A stretch of 63,918 nt of DNA, filler included, from Aduncisulcus paluster (lineage: Eukaryota): the NCBI GenBank assembly GCA_024181965.1. It is 10 parts of 10 records of this genome, joined end to end, with 100 filler letters (N's around TTAATTAATTAA, not from the genome) between each part and the next. Parts side by side here need not be neighbours in the genome. Positions count along the whole stretch, not along the records: positions 25,392 to 28,253 come from BQXS01011561.1; positions 28,354 to 41,398 come from BQXS01011562.1; 8 more parts are not named here. One strand, given 5' to 3'. Below, one piece after another: positions 25,392-37,140 of this stretch. Both the position numbers and the translations under genes were made by a program. Below the pieces are notes generated by a model, which did not search any database, was not told the origin of the DNA, and saw only the letters and a list, made by a program, of their open reading frames with translations. Each line of letters starts with the position of its first letter. Positions within the stretch are counted from its first letter, which is position 1.

Positions 25392-28253
25392 TATCAAGAT
25401 GGTTCTATTTGTCACACTATCCATGATCCATATCTAAGAACAATCCTTGTTAATTCCTCTTCTGACATCACTTTGAATTCTTCAATTGTGACTGTGGATA
25501 CTTTACGTCAATCATCACTCGCAACACTAAGTATTGGAACTTCTGACTGGAGTAATGTTACCAAGCTTCAAGGACTTGAGTATCTTGGCCATTTAACATC
25601 CCTTGATCTCCACGATTTTGATTTGTCTGGAGAAACACACGGATATGAATACAACGATGACATTCCTTCCTACAATCGTTTGGTTATCCAGATACTTGCA
25701 AAGAGAGCGCTATATTCTTGCGCCGCAGGGGGAGATGGATCTGTTAACTCTGGTCTTATTAACCTCAATCTCTCCTCGACAGGAATTCGTCAAATCGAGG
25801 ATATTCTTGATTTCTTTTTGCCTTCTGCAACCGATTACGTCACACAAAATTTCCGTCTTGCATCTATTGATGTATCAAATAATCGTATATCGGATCTTTC
25901 CATTTTCCTAAATCCTTATTACCTCTCAGCTCCATTCTTGACATCTATAGATATCGGAAATAACTATATATGTGATGTTAGTGGGTTTATGACGGCATTC
26001 TCAGATTATTTTTCTGGTATCTCCATTATCAATGATATTCCACAAGATTGTCATTGTTCTGAAGCATTGTCATCATTGTTTCAGGTTTGTCGTGAGACAT
26101 ATCCAGATTATTGGGAAATTGAATGCTGGAAAGGGTTTTATTTCGATGAAGCCTCTGAAACCTGTCGTATTGCTTGTCCAGTTAATTATTTCTCCAATGA
26201 ATTAGGAGCATGTGTGTCGGCTGTATCTCTCTATGACAATACAATACTATCCAAAGCATGTAATTTGAACGACAATATGATGCCTGTTTTAGTCAGTGGT
26301 GATGCCCATGTGACCTGTCAATGTCGGACGGGATGGTATGGAACTGGGTGTGATAGTGAATGTCCATATGATCCTTATGATTCAACGATGCTATATTCAT
26401 GCGGCTCTGATCAAGATGCCTACCCGTCCCCACATGGAAAGTGTGTCACTTCTACCCATTATTGTGAATGTAACGATGAATTCTATGGAAATTCGTGCGA
26501 ATATATCATGTTTAATGATCCCTCTCTACTCTTCGCATTATGTTCTATCCTGTACAATGAAACTTCTTGCGCCATTTCTCCCCTTGAAATGAAGAATATC
26601 CTAGTTTCAGAAGGAATCACATCTCTTGATCTGAGTTATTCCACTACCGGGTATGATATATCCGATCTTCAGGGGCTTCACTTTGCATATGGAGTAACTG
26701 AAATCAATTTGTCTGGAAACAGTTTTTCTAGATTAACTGGAATCACTGAACTTGCTGATTCTGTTACAAAATTGAATATTTCTAATTGCGTTAACCTTGA
26801 TAATGTTGCATGGACAGTAGATCTCATCCAATTTTCACAATTGACCGAGTTGGATGTTAGCAACACATCGTTTTCAACCACATCATATCTTAATAGCAAC
26901 CTCCAATCAACATTAACTAAGTTTTCGGCTTCAAATTGTAGTAATCTCACCAATTCCACTTTCTCTTTGGCTTTATTTGAAAATATTGAATCCATTCTGA
27001 TTGGCAATTCTGGAATTGATTTAGTTCCATCATTCACTGACAATATCAATACTTTGACTGAACTTGATGTATCTGGAATATCTGTGTATAGCGACAATTA
27101 TTTCGAAAACATTTCTCAATGCACTGGATTAACCAACTTAATCATTCAGAATTGTGACATCTCGGATCCGTCTCCACTGTATATTTTGTCTAATCTTGTT
27201 TACCTGGACATTTCCTACAATATTATCTGTGGGACCAATATATCTGATTCTATCAGTGATAAATTACCTTCTAATCAAACAAAAACAGTCATTTCCTCTT
27301 CCAATACATGTCCTCAATGTTCTGCTGAAACATGTTCTGAATGTCAACAGCTTGAAACCTCTGAAGCCATTGCGGATAACAAAGTGTGTTCTGAGACCGT
27401 TCCTGGATCAGAGAACTGGTATCCTGTGTGTGCCAGTGATTCCTATGCGAGTTATTCCGATGCGTCCACTTTTGAATGTCATCAAACGAATGAGAATCTT
27501 TCTGACAATTGTATCGGTGGGTGTGAGTATGGCGAAGAGTGTCGATATCTCAGTGTGAATGAAGACTCCTCCATCAATGCTTCATGCTTACCTGTGATAG
27601 TTGATCCAGGATTGAGGAGTTATATAGCCACACTGATATCGAGTGATGATAAAGATGTGGATGAATTCAGTGTTGCATCACTCCAAACGATCACGGCCGC
27701 AATTACTTATTCCGACTCTGAAACATATCCTCTCACTGACATTGGTGGAATTGAGCACATTGTGAATTCTTCCTCATTGAATCTGTCCGATAATGGAAGT
27801 TTGTCAAATATCGATCTCATCTCAACAATGACTGGTTTGACGGAGTTAAAGTTAAATTCTTGTTCCCTTGAATCAATCGGTCTATTGTATAAGCTTGTGT
27901 CTCTTGAAACCCTCGAGCTGAACAACAGTCAAAGTTCCTCGATTTCTTCGACGATCGTTATCTCATCATTTAGCTCCATGGTGAACATTGTTGTCTTTGA
28001 AATTGAAGGGTGGACACATATCTATGATATTCCCCTGTTCGAGCAAGATCCACCCACTCTCACTACCCTCAATGTGTCAAAGACTAACATTCAGACTCTC
28101 ATAAAGCTTTATCCCCAAAGGGAATCACTTACTTCCTTGTCTGCAAGTCACGATAATATCCACGATCTTTATGGAACATCTATCTTCCAGAATCTTGAGG
28201 AATTGAATCTTCAGAATAACAAAATATCTGACCCAACCCCTCTGTTTGCCTTC
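25392..28253 (+). CDS. LRR + EGF-like + Cys-rich modular surface protein; partial at both ends
   Basis: LRR blocks separated by EGF-like motifs (CQCRTGWYGTGC, CECNDEFYGNSC) and the same VCSET...GCEYG.ECR module as the neighbouring LRR gene; frame open from 25392. Confidence 0.9.
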
Positions 28254-28354
28254 NNNNNNNNNNNNNNNNNNNNNNNNNNNNNNNNNNNNNNNNNNNNTTA
28301 ATTAATTAANNNNNNNNNNNNNNNNNNNNNNNNNNNNNNNNNNNNNNNNNNNNG

Positions 28355-29200
28355 ATCCAAAAACTTCCCAAAAAAGATTATTCTTCCAAACCCTCTCCAG
28401 AAATGGGCGTTGCAAGCTCAAGTCCTGTTCAAGAAAAGAACAAATTATATTCCTTTTGTCAAAACCCTTCATCAATCCGCAGATATAGTGATTCTGTTGA
28501 TCGTCTGCTCTCCACTCATTCGTATGGAATTTTGACATCTCCACCTCCAAATACCTCCCTCCCTCAAGATGCTCCTATGCAATACCATTCTGTACCATCT
28601 CATCATTTCAGAGGACAAAAACATCCAGATCAGATGCACATTGTGGGTAAAAAACAAGAACGTATGGGAACAGAAGAAGCAGAAGAAGGACTTCGAGAAA
28701 GTGTCAAAGATCTTGAGGATTCGGATGAGAGTGACGATGCTCTCCACCGTTGCCTCGAAGAAGCACGTGCCTTTTCATGGACATCGAGAAGAGAAGTTCC
28801 CGTGATTCCTGATGTTACCGCCTTTCAGAAATGGATGAGTCGTCGGGGTTCATTCCATGATGTATATTTACGTGTGATGGATATTGCTGAAGATGGAAGG
28901 CCTATCATTGGATGGGAATCGTCTCCAACCAAGATTCCTGACGTTTCAAGGCGTATTTATGTTGAAGCTGTTGATTTCAAACTCCTAAAGTCCGAGATGG
29001 AATCTCATATTTCTTCCCCCATCAATCATTCTTGTGTCCTTGTATTGTTTGGGAAAAGGAGTGTAAATCCAACCCAGGCTGTGGCAATTACATTGATTGC
29101 ACCAGACAGAGATTCACGGGACAAATGGGCTAGATTTGTTGAGAGTTATGTAGGTTCTGAGCGACCATTAATTCAGTTTGTAGAAGATGGTATCCACTGA
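28355..29200 (+). CDS. Protein with C-terminal PH-like domain; 5'-partial
   Basis: Frame open from the contig start. C-terminal FQKW...VYLRV...IIGW...CVLVLF...ITLIAPDRDSRDKWARFV has PH-type strands and the terminal Trp helix. Confidence 0.65.
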   Translation: MQKLPKKDYSSKPSPEMGVASSSPVQEKNKLYSFCQNPSSIRRYSDSVDRLLSTHSYGILTSPPPNTSLPQDAPMQYHSVPSHHFRGQKHPDQMHIVGKKQERMGTEEAEEGLRESVKDLEDSDESDDALHRCLEEARAFSWTSRREVPVIPDVTAFQKWMSRRGSFHDVYLRVMDIAEDGRPIIGWESSPTKIPDVSRRIYVEAVDFKLLKSEMESHISSPINHSCVLVLFGKRSVNPTQAVAITLIAPDRDSRDKWARFVESYVGSERPLIQFVEDGIH

Positions 29201-29708
29201 ATATAGAATCTAATAGTATATAATATAGTATAATATAATATAGTATAGTATAGTATAGCCACGTTTATTATTATATTCAAGAATCTTATTCTTGATCGAA
29301 ATGAATAACGGTTTATATTAAATGAATGAATTTATTAAATTTATGAAGCTTTCAGTTGTGATAATATAATCATTATAATATAATGTTAGTAGGACTTATC
29401 TTGGCTTTGTTTCACTTCTATCGTGTGAATACAATAGCTATACAAAACTGTACTACGTTTCAGAATATAAATAGATTCAAATAGCATATATAAATATACA
29501 TACAAAAGTTGAAGATGATGAATTCTTATTGTAATAAGTTATTGTGTATTTCTTGGAAAATGTTTTCACAAATAAATATTATTTTGGCGGTGAATAGAAG
29601 GCTATTCGACTCAAATTTAGGGGATATGACTAAAAATAGAATTCTGATAGATCAAATAATAATTTTATAAATTGGAAATTCTGAATCAACGAATAATACA
29701 ATAATAAA

Positions 29709-32639
29709 TTATTCATCTCCATTTCGTCGGAACTTTTTCTCTCTCACACCATGCCCCAATTCTGTAGGCTTTGGTCCAGAAGGAGGTCTTGGAATCACAG
29801 AAGTTCCAATGGTTTTGACAGCCGACACACTCGACATTTTAATGCCTTCAATCGCAAATTGATCCGGAAACTTACCCGGATCAATCGTACAATCCATTTC
29901 AGAATCAAGTATCTCTTGGAATGTTCCTGAAGCAAACTGAGGAATCTTTGTGCGTTCTTTCTTTTTCAGTTCCCTCGCAATTGATGCATTCATTAACCTC
30001 GTGGAATTAATCAAAACTCCAGTTCTACGCATAACGGTCTCACTAGCTTTCTTGATATCATTGATAGTGATCGAATCTGTTGAAGTGCCTTGCTTGCCAA
30101 TTCCCCATGCACGATCGGCAGCCGTCCCCCTGTCACTGGTCTTTGGATGGAGCATGACATCGCTTCTTCCTAGACTCATTTCCGCCCCAATATCCTGCAA
30201 CTCATACAGAGATTTTAACAGTGGATCGCGAGGCACACCTTCCTGTGAAAATGTAGATTTCTTGAATAGAGTGGCCAATGATGACGAGGGATCAACAAGA
30301 GCGCTGGAGGGAAGTGGTACAGTGGCATATGGATCATCATTGACCTCTTCCTCTTCCATTCTGCGTTCTGAAGAAGATCCAAGGGAACTAGATGGGCGTG
30401 TCTTTTCAGAATATCCCTCAATAAATGGAAGATCAGTCAGATTACGAGAGTTTGGTCTGGCGGGAGTGAACATATCATATGTTATGAGTGGTTGTGATCC
30501 AGACGATCCCATCTTAACTGTTCTAATCGTCCTTGATGCTTTTGATGACATATTGTTGGACGAGACATTCTTTGGATGCTTATCTGCACTCACACTGCGG
30601 CCACCAAGATGTTCTTCGGGTTCTTCGAGAATAGGGAGAAATCCACTATCTGGAAAAGAGAGTTTCTGCTTTGAAGATGTCATGACTTGAGACATACTGC
30701 CACGACGAGGGAAGGAAGACGAATCGCCAAGATTTGAGTTGGACGGAGTTCGTTTCATTCCATGAGAAGTGGCCGCTTTTGACCGGTTAGCCTGCAAATG
30801 ATCGGCTCCTTCCTCAAATAATCCCCATGGAGTACTCCGACTTCTAATTTGTTTAACTTTTTCATCCATTGCCTGCAATAGTCGGAGAGGATTACTAGCA
30901 GTTGAGCCACGAGATGAGGGCCTTTTGCTCTTTCGGGAGGAAGAAAGACTCGTTGTATGTTGTTTGAGGGCCACTTTCAAACTCTGTTTATGTCTGGCCT
31001 CTTCACTCGCGAGCATCGTGAGCATGGAAGCAGTTGTACTTGATAAGGAAGCAGGAGTAAATGACCCATCGGTTGTGCCGAAAGGAAGTGCACCCTGGCC
31101 GGCAGTATGTTGTAATGATCGAGCACCTTCCCTTCCAACAATTATTCCACTATTCTTCAACATTCGCTGTGTGTGTTCCTTCTCTTGCTCCTCAAGTTCT
31201 TCGAGTTCTTCAATCGATTGCGGCACAATAACATTTCCAATCTTATCGGCTTTGACCCATAAGGCCTCTCTCACATCTTTCCACGTCGCTTTTGCGTATA
31301 ACTTCTTATTAAACGATTGTCTTGTTTTCCTGAGAAGCTCTAGAATACGGGTTTGTTCACCTTTCCGTATTTTAATCCCACTAACATTGGTTTTATGCAT
31401 ATCAGAGAGCACTTCTTGACAGTGAGAGAAGTTGGCATCTTCGTTATGCGTCTGTTTATGCCAAGATTCAGCCTTTTCGGCAGTATGTTCACTCATATCG
31501 ACACTCAAAGTATCTTGGAGCTCAACAGCTTGTCTCGATTGTAAATATATGCTTTCACATCTCTTCTCAAGATAGTCTTTAACCTTATCTTTGCATTTCT
31601 CCCTCTCTTCCATCTTCTTTTCTCTCTCTTTACGCAGAGTAACATGAGTATCAGCATGCCATTGATCAATACGATCCAATCTTTCGCTGAATTTCAGCGC
31701 ATCCTCCACGGCCTTCCTAATAGTTTCTTCAAGGGCTCGAAATCTTACAACCATATCAGAAATAGCTGCATTTCTATCCAGTTTAGCCGCATCTACTTTC
31801 TCTTTAATATGAATATCGTGACGAATAAGCTTTCCTTCAACTTCTTGAACAGTAGACTTGCAGTCAAGATTCAACGATCTTCCTTGAGAATCGACATCAC
31901 GACACCAAACCTCATCATGTTCTGTTACTTTAATTCTCTCTTTTCTAATCTTTTCTACAAGAGAATCGGTGCGAGAACGACCAGATTGAATAGTTTTAGC
32001 CAAGGCCTCGGGAATAGCTTTCTGTTGACTCTCCAACATTGTCTGTCCACGATCCAAGGCAGCACTAACGGGGGGAATAAGAGCCTTTGTATCACGAATT
32101 TGAACAATGCCTTCCTGCTCTGTTTGGGAAAACATTTTCGAAACATCATCAAATTTCCCTTTCATGAGAGCAAAAACATTTTTATGTTCCAGCATTTTTG
32201 AAGCTGTTGAGGCAACACGAGCAGTTGCAGTATCATCAACACCAGTAGATTCTGTGACATAAGCGGCCAATTCATCTTCAAGGTTTTCTATTTTTAAAAT
32301 CAGTGCAGCTACCTTCGGCTGGAAATCAGTGGGTGAGGGAAATTGCGAGGTAGCTGTGCATACACATGATGATAATTTAGACATCAATAGAGACATATTT
32401 TTGTGTATATCTGCATCTAATATATGTATTTTATCGGTAAGCGTCCGTAATGAATTTTGCCGTAAATCTGAATGTTTGATTGTATCTTTGTTTCTCAAAA
32501 CTGACACCAATTCTCCTTTTGTAAGGAAATGAGAAGCCTTTGAAAATAAATCTGTTGCACTTTGGAAGTTATCAGCAACTTCACTAGAAAAGGCATGTAA
32601 TCCTGTAAAATGAAGTTGAGCAGATACAGAAGATGACAT
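29709..32639 (-). CDS. Hypothetical coiled-coil protein (976 aa) with Ser-rich disordered C-terminal half
   Basis: Long uninterrupted ORF, ATG after an AT-rich intergenic region, heptad-rich N-terminal half. Confidence 0.85.
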   Translation of the reverse strand: MSSSVSAQLHFTGLHAFSSEVADNFQSATDLFSKASHFLTKGELVSVLRNKDTIKHSDLRQNSLRTLTDKIHILDADIHKNMSLLMSKLSSCVCTATSQFPSPTDFQPKVAALILKIENLEDELAAYVTESTGVDDTATARVASTASKMLEHKNVFALMKGKFDDVSKMFSQTEQEGIVQIRDTKALIPPVSAALDRGQTMLESQQKAIPEALAKTIQSGRSRTDSLVEKIRKERIKVTEHDEVWCRDVDSQGRSLNLDCKSTVQEVEGKLIRHDIHIKEKVDAAKLDRNAAISDMVVRFRALEETIRKAVEDALKFSERLDRIDQWHADTHVTLRKEREKKMEEREKCKDKVKDYLEKRCESIYLQSRQAVELQDTLSVDMSEHTAEKAESWHKQTHNEDANFSHCQEVLSDMHKTNVSGIKIRKGEQTRILELLRKTRQSFNKKLYAKATWKDVREALWVKADKIGNVIVPQSIEELEELEEQEKEHTQRMLKNSGIIVGREGARSLQHTAGQGALPFGTTDGSFTPASLSSTTASMLTMLASEEARHKQSLKVALKQHTTSLSSSRKSKRPSSRGSTASNPLRLLQAMDEKVKQIRSRSTPWGLFEEGADHLQANRSKAATSHGMKRTPSNSNLGDSSSFPRRGSMSQVMTSSKQKLSFPDSGFLPILEEPEEHLGGRSVSADKHPKNVSSNNMSSKASRTIRTVKMGSSGSQPLITYDMFTPARPNSRNLTDLPFIEGYSEKTRPSSSLGSSSERRMEEEEVNDDPYATVPLPSSALVDPSSSLATLFKKSTFSQEGVPRDPLLKSLYELQDIGAEMSLGRSDVMLHPKTSDRGTAADRAWGIGKQGTSTDSITINDIKKASETVMRRTGVLINSTRLMNASIARELKKKERTKIPQFASGTFQEILDSEMDCTIDPGKFPDQFAIEGIKMSSVSAVKTIGTSVIPRPPSGPKPTELGHGVREKKFRRNGDE

Positions 32640-32839
32640 ATGATAATATTATTCTCTAATTCTTTTATGATTAAATGGATAACCTATATGAAAAAGGGAG
32701 AACTGGGTTTCAAAACGTTCCTTTTGAAAATCTATATTCCCATTCATTAATTTGAATATATTTAAGTTAATTATCATATATAGGCTTGAACTTTTAGAAA
32801 ATAAAGTTTCTATATTCACTACATTAGAAATTTCAACAT

Positions 32840-32857
32840 TTCCGCTCTATCTGCCTT
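32840..32857 (+). promoter_or_regulatory. Candidate promoter motif TTCCGCYCTATCTGYCTT (copy 2)
   Basis: Matches 6278-6295 at 16/18 nt, with similar flanks (AACAT... and ...GTTAAAT / GTTTAAAT). Confidence 0.4.
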
Positions 32858-32999
32858 AGTTTAAATATAATAAAGTTTTAAAAGCACCCCCCATTTTTAA
32901 TATTATACGTCAAATTGTATATGAGGTTCTAATCCATAAGTTTTATTGTGAACAGCCATTCAATCGCATTTTGTGCAATATTAGGTAACGAGGCAAAAT

Positions 33000-34547
33000 A
33001 TGAAAGAGTCAGATATGAAGGAAAGGGATAAAAGCCCTGAAATTGATCATAGGACTCAGCAAATCATGAAATTACTTGTTAAACATCACAGTCAAATGTT
33101 TCCTGATGCTCCAAGGAACTGGTGGGTAGATTGGGCAAATGAAGTGAAGCAAATGGAAATAGAAGGATCTGTTTTATTTGAAGATGAAGAATTTGTCTTC
33201 ATGTATCCTAGCATCGAGCTCGTTCGAGAATTTAAATCTTTCAAAGAAAAACTAAAACCCAAACCAGTGTCATCATTTTCTTCAAGGAAAAGACCTCCTT
33301 CCTCATCTATTAAACATCGTAAGTTAGAATCTGCCCGTGCTCGAGTTCTTCCATCTATCAATAATTCTTCTCCCAAATCCTCACCCAAAAGTCCTGTATC
33401 CAAGAAACATACGTCATCCCAAAATGCTTCTCTAGTGTCCTACTTTTTCTCTGGCCTTGAAACATCATTGAATTCAGGCATTTTGCTAAGTTTGAATAGC
33501 ATGCCCCTTCCTCTCTCGAGGCATATGACCATAGCATCTTCAATATATTATACTCTATTCCAAAATAAGTTCAATTTAATTAAAACACCTCTTATTCATA
33601 ATCCCTTTTTATCTGAAATCGAAAAACGTCACACTGTTGAAAAAGAATTAATATCTCAAGGATCCAATCAAGAATTTATTGCCCGTAAACGTGCTTTCAC
33701 ATCATTGTATTCAGATGAAAAACAAAAACGTCGTGGCAGGGCTGTTCTTGGAGCTCTTGGAATTGGATTGACGCATACTGTTGTCCCTGATGCTGTGATG
33801 AGCTTGAAAGAAGAGCAAACCCATCAAGCTATCCGCGACTCGATATGGTCGGTGTATGCATGTTGCATTGCCGGTACAGAAGAGAGTCGGGTAAGGTGTT
33901 CTAACGTTACTCGAGCCAAGCCTCTCAATGCTGCGATGGGATCAATAAGTATTCGAGAGTTAGGTGGAATAAGGTACCCAGCCGAACCTCCCAAACCCTT
34001 GGATGTAACACCATCACTGATGGATGTGTTGCAAAAAGACATACATATTCCATCTCCTTCTCTTCTCTCTCCGTCAATTCTGTTGCCAACAGGAATGTAT
34101 GGCATGTTCGACACACGAGCAGATGTAAAGGAAACAATATATCGGAAACAATTGGCTTTTAAGAGATTTAGGCGTGCCATAAATATTATTATTATCAGAT
34201 CACGGTTGAATCGAAGACTCAAAAAGGTGAATGATTTCTTCAAATTACCATCGGCAGCATCATCAAGCACCTCATCTGATGCGAGTGGGGATCGTTTAAA
34301 CTCGTCAGTGATGAAAGTATGCTCCGATCTCTCAATACCTCTAGATATGAGAATACAGTGTCAATCTGATAGTACAAATTGTCAATTATGGGGCATGTGT
34401 GATGTTAGGGGAGAAAGAGATGTATTTCTTGAGCCAAAAGGACAGGATGATTCCGTTGTTGTCTGTGGAGTCCATGATGAGGAAATCATTGTTCCAAAGC
34501 TAGATAGAAGGAATTTCGAAGATTTTGATTTAGGATTCTATGTATAA
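33000..34547 (+). CDS. Hypothetical protein (515 aa), possibly CFAP221/PCDP1-related
   Basis: Clear ORF. The segment FD...RKQLAFKRFRRAINIIIIRSRLNRRLKKV resembles the conserved basic helix of CFAP221 as I recall it; family call is weak. Confidence 0.6.
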   Translation: MKESDMKERDKSPEIDHRTQQIMKLLVKHHSQMFPDAPRNWWVDWANEVKQMEIEGSVLFEDEEFVFMYPSIELVREFKSFKEKLKPKPVSSFSSRKRPPSSSIKHRKLESARARVLPSINNSSPKSSPKSPVSKKHTSSQNASLVSYFFSGLETSLNSGILLSLNSMPLPLSRHMTIASSIYYTLFQNKFNLIKTPLIHNPFLSEIEKRHTVEKELISQGSNQEFIARKRAFTSLYSDEKQKRRGRAVLGALGIGLTHTVVPDAVMSLKEEQTHQAIRDSIWSVYACCIAGTEESRVRCSNVTRAKPLNAAMGSISIRELGGIRYPAEPPKPLDVTPSLMDVLQKDIHIPSPSLLSPSILLPTGMYGMFDTRADVKETIYRKQLAFKRFRRAINIIIIRSRLNRRLKKVNDFFKLPSAASSSTSSDASGDRLNSSVMKVCSDLSIPLDMRIQCQSDSTNCQLWGMCDVRGERDVFLEPKGQDDSVVVCGVHDEEIIVPKLDRRNFEDFDLGFYV

Positions 34548-34712
34548 TATTTCTAAATTATTTATTTTGAACTTATTAATAAAATTCCTGTCATTATCTG
34601 ATGTTTTTGAAAAAAAATAAACCTGCAAGCATTAAAAAAATAAACATTCTGTCTTCACTCAACAATTGCCACATTTTCTAAATTTCCTTTTTAATTGTAT
34701 TTTTTCTAAATT

Positions 34713-35447
34713 ATGAGATATTTATCTGGAAAAGAAGCCTACGACCTCGATCAACAGTTATTTTCGACCTTTCAATATTCTGTGGTTCAACTTGTTGAAC
34801 TCGCTGGGTTATCTGTTGCCCTTTGTATCAATGATGTTTTAGCCAGAATTGGAGGCGATAAGACAGCCCTTGTCCTCTGTGGTCCTGGTAATAATGGAGC
34901 CGATGGAATCGTTGCCGCCAGACATCTTGCTCTTCATGGTTGGGAAGTTGACTTATGTATTACAAAAAAATCGTCCAAAAGTGATATTGCTGATTCATTA
35001 ATTGCTCAAGCTGTTTCATGTGGAGCCCATCTTGTTGATTTAGATTCCCTTGTTTTTGGTGATTCAATTTCGAAAGAAGGATCTTCTTTATCATATAATA
35101 TAATTGTTGATTCTATTTTTGGCTTTTCATTTGACTCTTCAAGACCTCTTCGAGCTCCATTTGATCTATGTCTTCCTGGATTGGCTAAAGCCTCTAAATC
35201 TTCTCATGTTGTGTGTGTTGATATACCAAGTGGTTGGAATGTATCTTCAGAGAAGCAAGATCCCGATAAGGAACTCATTGTTCCGTCAACTCTCATTTCA
35301 CTCACAACCCCAAAGACATGTGCTCTTGGATTGCCAAAATCAACATTTCATTATGTTTCTGGGAGATTTATACCGATAGAATTGATTAAGAGGTTAGAAA
35401 TAGATATTCCTTATGAAGGAGCTGACTTATTTGTTAAAATTCAATGA
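34713..35447 (+). CDS. NAXE: NAD(P)H-hydrate epimerase (YjeF N-terminal domain)
   Basis: QLVELAGLSVA, LCGPGNNGADGIVAARHL, IVDSIFGFSF, VDIPSGW, LISLTTPK and HYVSGRFIP motifs. Confidence 0.95.
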   Translation: MRYLSGKEAYDLDQQLFSTFQYSVVQLVELAGLSVALCINDVLARIGGDKTALVLCGPGNNGADGIVAARHLALHGWEVDLCITKKSSKSDIADSLIAQAVSCGAHLVDLDSLVFGDSISKEGSSLSYNIIVDSIFGFSFDSSRPLRAPFDLCLPGLAKASKSSHVVCVDIPSGWNVSSEKQDPDKELIVPSTLISLTTPKTCALGLPKSTFHYVSGRFIPIELIKRLEIDIPYEGADLFVKIQ

Positions 35448-35591
35448 GCTTTCACATGTGACAATACAACTTGTATTATAATTGAATTATCATGAAATTG
35501 ATCGTCTGACAGGGAATAAAGCAGCTTTATTGAGGTTGCAACTACCAATCATATTCATTAAAAAATCAGATCACAATTTACTTGACAATAT

Positions 35592-36489
35592 TTATTCCTC
35601 TTCCTCACCCTTAGCTTCAGGTTCTTTTACAAGAAGGGAATAAGTACCTTTCTTCCACATGGATATGAGATCCAACTTAGCGACACCCATATTCATTCCA
35701 AGTAATTTTAAAGCCTTGGCTTGTTTAGACGTAAGAACATCACCAACAGTGCAAACAGTGTGAATATTGGTCAACATAATTCTTCCATCATCATCGAGAC
35801 AAGTGGGGAATCCAAGATCTCTCCACTGAAGTTCCATAGAGGCAGGACAACCCTTGGCAGCTTCAAGAGTTCCGGCGGGAATTTGAACAGTTTCAGAAGC
35901 AACTTCACCACAAACAGCTGGGGCTTCACGAGTAGATTTCTTAACTATTTCCATTATACGAGAGTGAGGGAGAGAAGTAAACATTAGACCACGTTTACCA
36001 AACAAATCTTCGGAGAGTTTATGTATATTTTCAGCAAATTCAGATTCTTCGTCATGGCCGAGGGCAACACGAGAGAGACTATTTTTAGGCATGAAGAAAC
36101 GGACGTCTCCTTGGAGGGCAAGACGGAGATCAACAATGAACCTAGCAGGAAGATTAAAATATTCAAAAACATAACATGATTCAAATGACTCAATGGCCTT
36201 TTGTATATCTTGAATAATTTTAGTTTTCCTATCTTTTCCTTTCTTTTGAACCTTACTTGTATGGACTGGATAAAAGGTAAGGGAAAGAGAAAATATGATG
36301 AAAAAAGAATTTAAAATGTATTAGAATAATATTATTGAAAAAAGATAAATCAAAATATAAGTTTTGATCCAGATGTGGCCGAAAATAAACGAATCCACAC
36401 AGCATTACTTATATGAGATCTTATTGTAAAATGAAGGGGATATTTTAGAACGAAAACGTACCAACTTGAGCTCTCTTACTCTTTGGCAT
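35592..36489 (-). CDS. MRT4: mRNA turnover protein 4 / ribosome assembly factor Mrt4 (uL10-like), 2 exons (36489-36462, 36265-35592)
   Basis: ATG at 36489 gives MPKSKRAQV; the 196-nt GTACGT...CAG intron 36461-36266 joins to VHTSKVQKKGK...RFFMPKN...VALG...E.AENIHKLS..L.G.RGLMFT...SME.Q.R.LG.PT.L..G...VC..GD.LT..QA..LKLLG. Confidence 0.92.
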
Positions 36490-37140
36490 ATCCTCCGACT
36501 GCTATTTCACTCAAAACTCTTGATTGAACAACAATTCAAAACATTCTCAAGCTGGGTGAGATTTTCTTTGGATTGAATATTCGATTATTTGATCGCAGGA
36601 TAGTCAAGGATGATATTTATAATTCACAATATTAGCCAGTTACCCCTGTGGTATAACATGTTAGATGTGTACGCCGTTTTATTTGCTTGTTTCAAGTGAA
36701 TACAACTTTTCTGGGTTTTCTGGAAAATTAGTGCCATCTTTCTCCCAGTCAACAGAGTCGTTATAGATCAATTCAATTGCGAATGCTAGTGAATACTTAT
36801 CCACTGATTTATAACGTAGTTCGCGACGTATATTTACATCTTTCTTTTTTTACTTAAGACAATGATTATCACCGATTTTCCTTTCCTATTGTCAGAATTT
36901 ATTGAAAGAATTAATGTTAAATCGTATGCACACTGCTGTTTTTCAACATTACTAGATATTTCAGTGCGAATTCCCTGCACTGAAATATTCCTTTGGTTCC
37001 TAATAAAATTGAAATATTATTTTAATTGTAAAACAAGAAATAAATATTTTTTGTCGCTTGAAATTTCAAATTATACAGATTTTGTGATGCCATAAATAAA
37101 ACATGGCGTTTTGAGTCTATTTATTTATATTTATGTTATT

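Noticed and set aside
29950-32201. Long antisense ORFs (and similar shadows elsewhere)
   Set aside because: They lie opposite real CDSs, with S/F/L-rich composition typical of reverse-frame shadows.
36266-36461. Possible intronic snoRNA in the unusually long MRT4 intron (TGTGG/CCACA stem)
   Set aside because: No C/D boxes or convincing H/ACA double hairpin, and the stem is short.
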